Shown: piece by piece, positions 6,677 to 16,509 of the stretch
Layout of the letters: the number at the start of each line of letters is the position of its first letter
How positions within the stretch are numbered: position 1 is the first letter of the stretch
Source of the DNA: a virus
Taxonomy: Duplodnaviria > Caudoviricetes
Length of the DNA stretch: 53,180 bases
Virus record (IMG/VR): IMGVR_UViG_3300012041_000025
Coordinates: 1 to 53,180 of that record
Direction: 5' to 3' (one strand)
Position numbers and translations under genes: made by a program
Notes under the pieces: generated by a model
The model's database searches: none
Told to the model about the DNA's origin: nothing
Seen by the model: the letters and a program-made list of their open reading frames with translations, nothing else

Positions 6677-8251
6677 TTAGTTGTATTTTCTGCTCCATAT
6701 CCAGCGCCTTCTGCTGCCAGGTGGCGGTGGTGGCGGTGTTCCTGTTTCCACCGTGATGGATGACAACAAATAAGCGCCGTCAGCGGTTCTTCCCGCTATC
6801 GCTAATGGCAATGGCAACCGGTAATTATTAGGATCGGTAATTTTTACATACAGATCATAAGCACCCTCATTAATGGCCGGCATTGAATAAGCATCAACAA
6901 CCGTACTGTCCCCGGGAAGAAAAAGTTTGGGAGCGAAGTAGCTCACCGTATCCCAAACCGTAACGCCTGCACCTGTCCGTAGAGAATATTCCACCGTCCA
7001 ATTTTCGTAAGTAGGTGCTATGCCGACATTCTCCCAATCCAGATTAATAGTGAGCCCTGCTGCGACTACGGCGGAGCCTCCTGTCAATTCAAACCTGTAA
7101 CCGGCTTTCTTAAAGGCCGCTCTTGCCAGGTCAGCATCTTCTGTGCTCATGACAGTGCCCCAATTCCCGTTACCAAAGGAAGTGGCATGGTAAGTAGTAA
7201 TCTGATTCATCAGGTCACCATAGTAGGGCAAGGGAGGGCCAACGTAAGCAGGAGGCTCACCGGTGACCGGTCCATATTTATATGAATTCACGACGATCGT
7301 TCCGAAAGGATCTGAGCCGAGATAAGTCTCAGTATTGCCAGCTAAAAGACCATCTAAATACAAATCCCTGGCACCCCACTGATCACGCCGCCAACCAAAC
7401 CTTCCCCAAGCGTTAGAGCCGGTGAGTAATTCATAAGCCACTGAAGGATATACCTGGAAAAGATTAATACCTGAGTTTCTTCCATGAAATCCTGCTATCA
7501 TTGCAGACAACGGCCAATCAGGTAACTCATCCCTGTGAATGTCGATTATCTCTAAAAGAGTCGCTTCGGTGGGTTGTCTTCCGGTTGGGTGGCTATCCCA
7601 TGTTGCGTAGCCTCCACTGTGCCATTCATTATAATTCCCGTAACCTCTTATATCTATAGATAAAATAACATCTTCAAAATCTATCACCTCACCATCATGC
7701 GGACCAGCTTCAGCTTCATAGCTGGTTGTTTTTATATGAGCGTATAAAGCAGCGTATAGCGCTCTCAGTCTTGTAAGGTAATTCGTCGAGTTATAATTCG
7801 GTATCCAATCGCCACCGCTTAACCAATCCCTGTTATTCACACTTTCCGCTTGCATTAAATTGTGCAGGTACAAAGGATACACCGACCGGGCGCCGTCATA
7901 AAAGACTTCATTGTAGCCGGTGAACACCGTCATGATACCGAAGGAAAATTTCTGCCCGTTGTCAATGGCTTCCTGCACTAATCCGTCGAAGTACGTCCAG
8001 GTATAAGAACCGAGAGTAGGTCCTTCCAGTTTGTTCCATACAAACCGATAGTACAAGTCCTGCGAAGGAAGGTGGTATTCAGCATGTGGATTTGACACTC
8101 CTTCCGTTCCGTTGTGCCACTGCTCAGCACCCCTCCCAGGAGAAATAATATCAGGATCACCAAACGGTATTTGCGTAAAGGAAAAATTATAGGTCTGCGC
8201 CGTTGCGGTGAAGTAGAATGGTAGTAGTAATATGAAGATCAGTAATCTCAC
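6677..8251 (-). CDS. Secreted glycoside hydrolase-like protein (TIM-barrel plus DUF4832-like C-terminus)
   Basis: Signal peptide ATA|Q. YRFVWNKLE..GSYTW motif. C-terminal GYRFEL..WENVGIAPTY..LFLPG..LPLAIAGR. Confidence 0.7.
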   Translation of the reverse strand: MRLLIFILLLPFYFTATAQTYNFSFTQIPFGDPDIISPGRGAEQWHNGTEGVSNPHAEYHLPSQDLYYRFVWNKLEGPTLGSYTWTYFDGLVQEAIDNGQKFSFGIMTVFTGYNEVFYDGARSVYPLYLHNLMQAESVNNRDWLSGGDWIPNYNSTNYLTRLRALYAALYAHIKTTSYEAEAGPHDGEVIDFEDVILSIDIRGYGNYNEWHSGGYATWDSHPTGRQPTEATLLEIIDIHRDELPDWPLSAMIAGFHGRNSGINLFQVYPSVAYELLTGSNAWGRFGWRRDQWGARDLYLDGLLAGNTETYLGSDPFGTIVVNSYKYGPVTGEPPAYVGPPLPYYGDLMNQITTYHATSFGNGNWGTVMSTEDADLARAAFKKAGYRFELTGGSAVVAAGLTINLDWENVGIAPTYENWTVEYSLRTGAGVTVWDTVSYFAPKLFLPGDSTVVDAYSMPAINEGAYDLYVKITDPNNYRLPLPLAIAGRTADGAYLLSSITVETGTPPPPPPGSRRRWIWSRKYN

Positions 8252-8517
8252 TTTTGTTTTCGTTTTTGTTCTGCCTCAGCAAGAATATCCTGTAATACTT
8301 TCAGGATGGCATCATACCTTGGCTTTTCAGCGATAGTAAATTGCGCCTTGGCGGTTCCGTCTATCCGTTGCAAATAACCAAGCAGCTCACGTTTAGAAAT
8401 AATCTTCATGTCCAGGCTGTCAATCGTTGTGGGGGTTTTTATTTTGTCAGATTTTTTAACCTGTGCATTGCCCGCCACTGAAATAAGAATGGCTATTATA
8501 ATGATCGTTCCTTTCAT
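8248..8517 (-). CDS. Small secreted helical protein (possible fibre chaperone)
   Basis: Signal peptide GNA|Q; follows the fibre gene. Confidence 0.6.
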   Translation of the reverse strand: MKGTIIIIAILISVAGNAQVKKSDKIKTPTTIDSLDMKIISKRELLGYLQRIDGTAKAQFTIAEKPRYDAILKVLQDILAEAEQKRKQK

Positions 8518-8529
8518 ATTGCTTCTTTT

Positions 8530-11205
8530 TTAATTGACGGTCCTGCTTACTTCTCTCCACCGTTGAGTGCCCCCAATCTCACTTAGTAAAAGGGTAATAA
8601 CATCATCTGCTGTTGCAGAAAAATTAGCATTGCCGGCCAGCTCCATTCCTATGTTGGTGCCGCTATTAGCAGTGCCGTCTGTCAGCGTAGCCGTCGAAGT
8701 AAATATCAATGTTACCTGCGATCCTTGCTGCCAAATAAGATTTGAGATCAACGTGATTGCGCTTGTTCCTGTTATTTCAAATACGTCGCCATCGCCACCT
8801 AATGTTATTGCGCCTGCAGCCGAAGCGACGTCTGCACCTTGCTTTCCTCCCAGGACATTTCGCACATTTGCTTTAGATGCCGCAGTATCCGCATTATTAT
8901 TAAATCTTATTAAATCTTTCTGAACGTTCATGAACGTTTCTTCAACAGCGTTGTCCATACCCATTAAATCCACCTGTGATGTGCGGGTAGCATGGTCGAC
9001 CGTTGAAAATTTTGAAACGAACCTGTTTGAAATAAGGCCTTCTGCTCCACCAGTGCCGGCGGTTTCAAGAAAAAAGCCCAGGTCGGCGGCAATGCCATCC
9101 GTTGGCGTCCCAGTTGAGTAGCGGGCAAAATTCATAATTCTGCCTGGACCAGTTGTGGATGATAACGACGTGTTTGCAAACGAAGCGACTGCTCCCTCGC
9201 TACTGGCAGTTCTGGCGAAAAAGTTTGACGTGCCACTATAATTTGTCGTAAGACCAAGCGTAGGTGCGCTTGAAGTATTTAACGCCAAGCCTCCTGTTGC
9301 GGAATTAAAGGAGCCGCTATTTATATAAAAGCCAGTTAAAGAAAGTGGATTTGATCCAAGCGCAATCGTTTCGCTACCCGTCAAGGTACTTCCCGCATCC
9401 AAGACTTGTTGGAATGTTGGTGTGCTCACGCTTGCACTCCATATTAGTTTGCCATCATTATTGACTGTAACATTTCCTGAACCAAAGCCAGATAAAGCCC
9501 CTATATATGTGTCACCGGTAATATCTGCCCGCCCATCCGATACTCCAATGATGGCATTTCCTTCCGCAGAGTATAAGGAAGTAGACAGTGCATCCGCAAC
9601 TATTCTTGTAGTAGTGCCAGGTGACTTTACAGTGAATTCAGATAAATCTATAAATGATAATGAATTATTGTCGCCATCCAAAGTTCTATTGGACGTAAGG
9701 TTTGAATTGCCTGTATAAAGGGTAGTGCCGCCACCGCCACTTGCATTGATCGTTATACTTTCACCATCTACGCCAAATGTTACATTCGTGCCGGCTATCA
9801 ATGATTTTATTTTTGATGTAAACGGATCGACATACACTAATAACGTATCGCCTCCCGTTCCATTCTCAACTGATCTTAACGACGAAGAATCAAACCTTCT
9901 GAAACTCAAGGCCGATAATAAACCAGGATACGTAGCATCGGCGTATTGTTGATAGAAGATATTACCACTAACCCCAAAACCGAAAGCAGTTTTCGCCACG
10001 CCATCGATCGCTCCCTGTGTGTGCCAGGCCGTGAAACTTCTTAAAGCTCCCGTTCCATCAATGTACTGTGACGTGCTGCCAGCTCCTGTCACCGTGTGCG
10101 TCCCATTATTGGTAACGGTAGCCGGTGACGTTTGAAATGCCGACGGCATGGTCAGCGTATAGCTAAACTCACTGGTACCACCGCCGCCTGTTGGCACAAA
10201 GCCAGATATCAAATCAATATCATCCAAATACGCACCAGGATGAATAGCTGCACCAGCACTATTCGTATACCTTATCCGTACCCTGTCAATATTATAATTG
10301 GAAAAAACAAAGTCCGAAGTCGGTACATCGATCGCCTGGTAGACCAGCGAATTCCTGTTCAGGTTAATCGGTCGCTCATTCGATACCTGCAGGCTGCCAT
10401 TGAAAAAAGTAACCCGTACAAAAGATGTTATTGGCAGTATCGCTTTGAGTTGAATAGAAATGGAGATGGCCTGCCAGCTGAGCATATTCAGCGATCCCAA
10501 TGGCCTTGTCAAATAAATCAAATCCCCCTGGTTGATATTGGTCCAATTAATGGACTTACTACCGATCCATACATTGGAAGTATTGTCAGCATCAACGGTG
10601 GCGCCGCTTTGCGTGACGGTCCATTCTATGTTCTCATTATAGATTACTTCCTGCCCCAGGGCTGGAGTGGTGGACCCTGCCGGAATATCAATCACCGTCA
10701 GCTTAATTTGGTCACCGTCCAACTGTGGTTCTGCCGCTGATGGTGCCGCCACACCTTGCATTACATGCACCGCCCCGTCTGTCGCCAAATAAATGACATC
10801 TTTTCGCGGATTATCGGGATCACTGGCCGAAAGCGTGATCGAAGCAGAATCGCTGTTATAAATAAGATTAGCGATGCGGTAAACGGCTTCCTGTACATAG
10901 AAATGAAAGCCATACCCTTTATAGGATACCGATCCTTTATCCAGTACCTTATCGACCAGGCTTGAGCCCGTACCCGTACCGGATACTGGCTGCCAATACC
11001 CTAATTTTTGATACAGTACAAAATTGACAATGGCAATGGATGAATCAGGAGCCGACGCCAGCGTATCCTTCGGAATGCCTAATGACTTACCCACTTTGAG
11101 GTGGTTGGCAAAATCGTAGTTGCTGTAATTAATATTATATTTCGGGACCTGTGCCGATGCCAGGAATGATACCAACACTCCCAGGACAACAAATATTTTT
11201 TTCAT
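8530..11205 (-). CDS. Tail-fibre-like protein with Sec signal peptide
   Basis: MKKIFVVLGVLVSFLASA|Q. G/S/T-rich. PTFQQVLDAG motif. Fibre-type C-terminus ending WREVSR. Confidence 0.65.
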   Translation of the reverse strand: MKKIFVVLGVLVSFLASAQVPKYNINYSNYDFANHLKVGKSLGIPKDTLASAPDSSIAIVNFVLYQKLGYWQPVSGTGTGSSLVDKVLDKGSVSYKGYGFHFYVQEAVYRIANLIYNSDSASITLSASDPDNPRKDVIYLATDGAVHVMQGVAAPSAAEPQLDGDQIKLTVIDIPAGSTTPALGQEVIYNENIEWTVTQSGATVDADNTSNVWIGSKSINWTNINQGDLIYLTRPLGSLNMLSWQAISISIQLKAILPITSFVRVTFFNGSLQVSNERPINLNRNSLVYQAIDVPTSDFVFSNYNIDRVRIRYTNSAGAAIHPGAYLDDIDLISGFVPTGGGGTSEFSYTLTMPSAFQTSPATVTNNGTHTVTGAGSTSQYIDGTGALRSFTAWHTQGAIDGVAKTAFGFGVSGNIFYQQYADATYPGLLSALSFRRFDSSSLRSVENGTGGDTLLVYVDPFTSKIKSLIAGTNVTFGVDGESITINASGGGGTTLYTGNSNLTSNRTLDGDNNSLSFIDLSEFTVKSPGTTTRIVADALSTSLYSAEGNAIIGVSDGRADITGDTYIGALSGFGSGNVTVNNDGKLIWSASVSTPTFQQVLDAGSTLTGSETIALGSNPLSLTGFYINSGSFNSATGGLALNTSSAPTLGLTTNYSGTSNFFARTASSEGAVASFANTSLSSTTGPGRIMNFARYSTGTPTDGIAADLGFFLETAGTGGAEGLISNRFVSKFSTVDHATRTSQVDLMGMDNAVEETFMNVQKDLIRFNNNADTAASKANVRNVLGGKQGADVASAAGAITLGGDGDVFEITGTSAITLISNLIWQQGSQVTLIFTSTATLTDGTANSGTNIGMELAGNANFSATADDVITLLLSEIGGTQRWREVSRTVN

Positions 11206-11215
11206 AGAACAGTTA

Positions 11216-12559
11216 TTATTTTTTCATGACCCAGTAGACCCCGATATTATCCATCCTTGTTTCTGCGCCGCCAGCTGCCACGGTCAGGTGTCCACTTTGC
11301 GGTGTCGGCCCATTATCATTATTTAGGTAAAAAGTATTTTGCTGGCTACCGCCGTCAGAGTCGTTCGTATAATGCCCCAAGTCGTGCTGGTGGGCTGCAA
11401 ACTCATGGCGCTGATAGCCGCCGGGTTTATTGAGGTGCCGCTCCGTGTCGCTACCGGATTCAGAGACCAGCCCACGAAGGGATTGACCCATCAGGTCAGG
11501 CAGGCGGAAAGTGGTGCTGCCATCACCGGGCGTGAAACAACCGCGATAAGGAAAAGCCACGGTACGTCCAGCCACTGTAACGGATGCAGTAGCCCAGGTG
11601 GCTTCACTCACCAGGGAGAAACCAAGGTTGGCTACTTTCTCCCAGATACGTGGATAATCAGCACGGTTCACCAATTGCCCTTTACAGAGCACTTCATCAA
11701 AACCTACTTCATAACTGGCGACGGGTTGGCAAAGACCACGGTAGTGTTTGTAAAAATCATTGATGATATAAAGGCCGTCATCATCGCGGAAAAGCCAGCA
11801 GACTTCTCCTGGATGCATGTGGATCGTGTTCCTCGATACATTATTGAAATAAATGTATTGCCCGCCGGTGGTCGTGATGGCTGTCGGCTTGGTATTGTTG
11901 ATGCTGGTTTCAATTGGGATCAGCGCATTCACCGGTATATCATCCACATTGGGGATGGTAATGGTGATGGCTGTGGCATCGCTCCTGACCTGGATGATCT
12001 TATTCATATCCAGCACCGGATCCAGGGTAGTGTTGGTGGTGACTAATTTTTTCCCACCAATAAAGGATCCTGCGACGGTAGATGGACCGGAGGTGCCGGA
12101 ACCGATCAGGGCAAATATGCTCAGCTTGAAACGTTCATTTTCATTTAGCACATCGCCAGCCTGGAGTAATTTAAAACCCCCGGCATCCAGGATCTCGTAC
12201 TCAGCAATATCCACATTGCTGTTATCATCCAGTAACGCGATCAGGGGAAAACCACCTCTTTCCAGGGTAAAATCTTTACCAGCTAAGGAAGGAATATAAG
12301 CGGTGTCGGTGTCGGCGGCGGCATTGGGCACCACATAGATCATCTCGCCGCCATAAGATACCGGTGCATGGGAGCCGCTGCCACCACCGGTGTTGAAAAA
12401 AGTGTTGAGGAGGGATAGCGGAACCTTCTTTGTCAGGTTTTCACTCGCTATATAAATAGGTACCTGATCTGCCAGCTCGAGCGGCAGATCCACAGTCAAC
12501 GGTGACAATTCCGGAATCCTGGCGGTCTCTATGGACATGCCGGCAATGAGAGTACCCAT
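11216..12559 (-). CDS. Tail fibre protein with tail-collar domain
   Basis: CKGQLVNRADYP..GDGSTTFRLPDLMG..ETRMDNIG motifs. Confidence 0.85.
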   Translation of the reverse strand: MGTLIAGMSIETARIPELSPLTVDLPLELADQVPIYIASENLTKKVPLSLLNTFFNTGGGSGSHAPVSYGGEMIYVVPNAAADTDTAYIPSLAGKDFTLERGGFPLIALLDDNSNVDIAEYEILDAGGFKLLQAGDVLNENERFKLSIFALIGSGTSGPSTVAGSFIGGKKLVTTNTTLDPVLDMNKIIQVRSDATAITITIPNVDDIPVNALIPIETSINNTKPTAITTTGGQYIYFNNVSRNTIHMHPGEVCWLFRDDDGLYIINDFYKHYRGLCQPVASYEVGFDEVLCKGQLVNRADYPRIWEKVANLGFSLVSEATWATASVTVAGRTVAFPYRGCFTPGDGSTTFRLPDLMGQSLRGLVSESGSDTERHLNKPGGYQRHEFAAHQHDLGHYTNDSDGGSQQNTFYLNNDNGPTPQSGHLTVAAGGAETRMDNIGVYWVMKK

Positions 12560-12631
12560 AGCGCTAAACTATATAGCGCAGATTAAGCCGGGAGCCCATT
12601 GTTGCAAACCTGCCAAGGAGTTTAGAACTTC

Positions 12632-14185
12632 TCAAATCTTGCGATAGATCTTACCGGTGGCATCTTCCATCAGCACTTCGGAAAAGCCGGTGTAGGTATT
12701 GGTCGTAGGCATATTCTGAAACACCAGGGTACCCACCACATTATTATTCAGGATGCTGTTATTGACCAGTTTGTTATCGATATCCCGCACATCGCGGTCG
12801 GTAGAGCTCTGGGCATTGATGATCCGCTGTACCGTGCCGGCAGTTACGGTGTCGGAGATCTCCACCTGCAGCTGGAATTCATTGACGATATTTCGGATGA
12901 CACTGATCACCCGGATCTTCCGTTGCAGCTCCAGCTCCTGGTCAAGGATCCACACCAGGTCGCCGATCTTCAAGAGCTTACTATAGCGGCGAACGAATAC
13001 GGGATCGAGCACAATATTATATGCCAGCTGCGGCTCACTGAGCTGGTTCAGCAGCGTGTTGGCCCGGACGGCTAAGTCTGCCTCAGCCGCATCAATATAA
13101 CTTTGCGGCAAATAAATATCGACCAGGACATATTCATCACCGATGGCTGGTCGGATCAGGGCGCTGGGCAGATCCAGCACCTTCTCCTCGGCATTTTTCT
13201 GTATCCGGAATATTTTGGTGCCATTATTGAACGACTCGACTTCAAACTCGTAGCCGGCTAACTGGCCGGTATTAAAGGCCACTTTCGCTACGAGCCCGGG
13301 TAACAGGTAATCGTTAACGTTGAAATCAATATCAGCATCGGTAAAAACAAATGGATCGCCCCCGTTCACGGCGGTCACTATGCCGGTGCGGTGCGGAAAA
13401 ATATCTTCGAATATTTCCGTGTGCTCGATCACACCATAGGCCGCTGTATTATGTTCCAGGAAATAAACAGCAGGCAGCTTTAAACGACGGCTGGTGACCA
13501 GGTACGCCTCCGGCAGGTTTTTCTCGCTTCCAAACGCATAGAGCCGGGTAACAATGCTGCTGTTGTTTAGGGTTTGCCGGGTGATCTCGTACAGGCCTTT
13601 GTTGCGGCCATGTTTGAAGGTATAGCCGGTATCATTGCTGCGTTTGGTCAAATGGATGGTCTTGCCTTCGATCCAGAATTCCGTTTCAAATTCTTCTGCC
13701 AGGCGGCTTAATGCGTTGTAACAATTTTCCCGTGAAAAGGTGATGTTCTTGTATTCGGATAAGATCACTTGTCCTTTGATCCATCCACTGCTGACGCGGT
13801 TGATATTGGCAAGGACCAGGTTTATAAAATCATCCGCATTGCCCATCAGTGAAAAGTCAGATTCACGAAGGGTATTATCCGCTCCGAGGAAAAGAAATTG
13901 CGCTTTGGCAAGGTCATATCCCCGTGCTTCCATCACCAGGGTATAGCGCCACAGGAAACGGCTAACTTTTGTCACCAGCGGTAGTCGGTTGATGATGTAT
14001 GTTTCCCCAAAAACAGAACAGTAGTCGTTTATTTTAAACTGGATGTAATGGTTTTCCTCAAAGGCGATGTTCAGCAGGTTATCGCCCATGATCCGCTTCA
14101 CCTGGGTGCTGTTGTTGTCCGGCTTAATGGTGACAAAAGCAGTTGGCGCCGATGCTACATCCCGCAATATATCTATTGTATTCAT
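12632..14185 (-). CDS. Baseplate hub / Tal-like tail protein
   Basis: IVTRLYAFGSEKNL, YGVIE, IGDLV motifs; follows Dit. Confidence 0.8.
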   Translation of the reverse strand: MNTIDILRDVASAPTAFVTIKPDNNSTQVKRIMGDNLLNIAFEENHYIQFKINDYCSVFGETYIINRLPLVTKVSRFLWRYTLVMEARGYDLAKAQFLFLGADNTLRESDFSLMGNADDFINLVLANINRVSSGWIKGQVILSEYKNITFSRENCYNALSRLAEEFETEFWIEGKTIHLTKRSNDTGYTFKHGRNKGLYEITRQTLNNSSIVTRLYAFGSEKNLPEAYLVTSRRLKLPAVYFLEHNTAAYGVIEHTEIFEDIFPHRTGIVTAVNGGDPFVFTDADIDFNVNDYLLPGLVAKVAFNTGQLAGYEFEVESFNNGTKIFRIQKNAEEKVLDLPSALIRPAIGDEYVLVDIYLPQSYIDAAEADLAVRANTLLNQLSEPQLAYNIVLDPVFVRRYSKLLKIGDLVWILDQELELQRKIRVISVIRNIVNEFQLQVEISDTVTAGTVQRIINAQSSTDRDVRDIDNKLVNNSILNNNVVGTLVFQNMPTTNTYTGFSEVLMEDATGKIYRKI

Positions 14186-14195
14186 GTGTCAATGA

Positions 14196-14690
14196 TCAAG
14201 TGATGATAAAAACATTGTCTTCAGCCACCAGGAAAACATGCGACGAATCGACCTGTGGCTCCGGCTCCACGACGACGATGGAAAATCGGTAGGCGACCAG
14301 GTTAGCCTCGCCGTTACCGGTCAGCGGTTTTCCCTTCTTATAATTATTGCACTCCTTATAATATATGTAGTAGGACCGTTCGCCATGCGACTTCAGTGTT
14401 AACCTGTGAGTACCGGGTTGGATCATCTGGCTGATAAACTGGTTGTGACGGGTCCAGAACTCATCTTCAGTGGTTGCAAAGATGGCCATGTTCAGCACGC
14501 CTTCCCGCTGGTCGAAAAAGATCCGGGAAAGGTCCACTTCCCGGCCATTGGCATCCATCCAATCGTGTTCGATACCGGCTTTCTTGGGAGGGTATTTCAG
14601 GAAGTCAGCACTACCCTCTTCGATGATCATCCCGAAGGTGGTGAACAGATCAATCCCGTCAATAAAAAAGTACCCGCTTACGTCTCTCAT
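14196..14690 (-). CDS. Distal tail protein (Dit)-like
   Basis: FIDGIDLF..FG, HDW.DANG.EVDLS, VVEPEP; likely start MRDVSG. Confidence 0.7.
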   Translation of the reverse strand: MRDVSGYFFIDGIDLFTTFGMIIEEGSADFLKYPPKKAGIEHDWMDANGREVDLSRIFFDQREGVLNMAIFATTEDEFWTRHNQFISQMIQPGTHRLTLKSHGERSYYIYYKECNNYKKGKPLTGNGEANLVAYRFSIVVVEPEPQVDSSHVFLVAEDNVFIIT

Positions 14691-14706
14691 GATATTAGTT
14701 TTTTTC

Positions 14707-16509
14707 TTACATAAATATGGCCTGTACAAATTCCCGGGTGGAGGGGATATAAATTATATCAATGACCTGACCGGAAAGATTAAACGAACCTGGATCTACT
14801 ACAAATATTTGCGCTTTTAGAATGGCAACATCTTGCCCGTTGATAACAAAAGAGCCGGCATTCGCACTTAATATTTTTTCAGCTAGTAAGTTGACATTCT
14901 GCCCCGTTAATGAAAATGATCCTGGCTGAGCTGACACCGTTCTACCAAATCTCAATGCAACATCACTGCCCGTTAGATTGTAAACTCCGCTGTCGCCTGA
15001 TATCTTCAACCCTCTCAGCAATGATGCAGCCTGGCCATTGACATTTAAACTGCCGGCACTGGCCGCCATCACCCGGGTGTAGCGAAACGCGACATCCTGC
15101 CCGCTTACGATGAATGATCCAGCTGCGGCCGAAAGGATTGCCTCACTATCAAACGCTACAGTGCCACCTGTTAAAATGTAACTACCGGCCACTGGTGACA
15201 GCAATCGACTCAATGAGAAATTTGCGGCTTGACCTGCCAGGCTGAATGAACCAGCATTGGAAAGTATTTTGCGCTGTGCTCTCAGCGAAGCCGCCTGCCC
15301 CGTTATCAAATAGCTGGCCGCATCAGTAGTTATTTTCCTTTGGACTGTAAGCGTAGCAGTTGATCCATTAATGGAATAACTACCAGCATCAAGCATTAAC
15401 CGTTCACCCCTGGTAAGCGTTACATTCTGGCCGTTGATCAAATACGAACCGGCATCACCAGCTATCCTGCGATGGACTCTGAATGTTACATCCTGACCTG
15501 TCACCGCAAAGGATCCTGCATCGGCAATTACCTTCCTGGCATATACGAAGTTTACATCCTGCCCGGTAAGTAAATAGCTGCCAGCTTCTGCATTGAGTCG
15601 AATGACACTAATAAGATTTACATCCTGCCCGTTCAATAAGTATGAACCGGCATTAGTAAGAATCTTGCGCTGTACCGTTAACCCTACTGAGCTTCCACTA
15701 AAAGCAAATGAACCGGAATCGGCCCTCACCTTGCGATGCAGCAATACCGTTTGCCCGGTTACTACAAATGAACCTGAGTCAGTTAATATCTTTCTTTGGA
15801 TGGATAAAGTCGCGGCTTGCCCGGTCAATGCATAGCTTCCTGCATCAATGGATAATTTTACACCCTTCCTAAAGGTTATATCCTGACCGGTAAGATTGAA
15901 TGCACCGGAATCAACTATTAGCCGTTGTGCCGCTATTAAGTTGACATCCTGGCCGGTCAATACATAAGCGCCTGAATCAGCCCTTACGCTTCGCTGGAAC
16001 TTCACCGATTGGCCACTCAAAGCATAGCTGCCTGAGTCAGCTGCAATCTTTACCCCTCTCTTGAATGTTACCGCTTGCCCACTGAGTGAATATGATCCTG
16101 CATCACTGGTGATCTTTCTGTCTGCCCTCAACGTTGCAGCCTGGCCACTAAGCGCAAAAGATCCTGAATCACTGATAATCTTCCTGGTGATCGGTAGGTT
16201 TACAGTCTGCCCGGTAAATGAGAAGCTACCTGAATCTGCCGCTATCTTTCTGGCTGCTTTTAAGCTAACAGTCTGACCAGTTACATTGAACGTACCTGCA
16301 TCTGCTGTCAGCGTAAGATTTCTGATCAGTGATTGCGGATTAAAAAAGAACAACGAACCGGCAAGGATCGCTGTCTTTAATGTTTTCCTGAGAACCGGAT
16401 TATCTCGCGGCTGATACCACTTATCAATAGTAATAGTCTCAGGCGCTGCCGGCGTAGATACCGGCGTGATCGCTTCGGTGAAATCCTGATATATTACATA
16501 CTTTCTCAT
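14707..16509 (-). CDS. Tandem-repeat virion protein (24 x 20-22 aa), probable filament or fibre
   Basis: Repeat consensus D[SA]GS[FY]xLxGQxVxL, counted 24 times. Confidence 0.75.
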   Translation of the reverse strand: MRKYVIYQDFTEAITPVSTPAAPETITIDKWYQPRDNPVLRKTLKTAILAGSLFFFNPQSLIRNLTLTADAGTFNVTGQTVSLKAARKIAADSGSFSFTGQTVNLPITRKIISDSGSFALSGQAATLRADRKITSDAGSYSLSGQAVTFKRGVKIAADSGSYALSGQSVKFQRSVRADSGAYVLTGQDVNLIAAQRLIVDSGAFNLTGQDITFRKGVKLSIDAGSYALTGQAATLSIQRKILTDSGSFVVTGQTVLLHRKVRADSGSFAFSGSSVGLTVQRKILTNAGSYLLNGQDVNLISVIRLNAEAGSYLLTGQDVNFVYARKVIADAGSFAVTGQDVTFRVHRRIAGDAGSYLINGQNVTLTRGERLMLDAGSYSINGSTATLTVQRKITTDAASYLITGQAASLRAQRKILSNAGSFSLAGQAANFSLSRLLSPVAGSYILTGGTVAFDSEAILSAAAGSFIVSGQDVAFRYTRVMAASAGSLNVNGQAASLLRGLKISGDSGVYNLTGSDVALRFGRTVSAQPGSFSLTGQNVNLLAEKILSANAGSFVINGQDVAILKAQIFVVDPGSFNLSGQVIDIIYIPSTREFVQAIFM

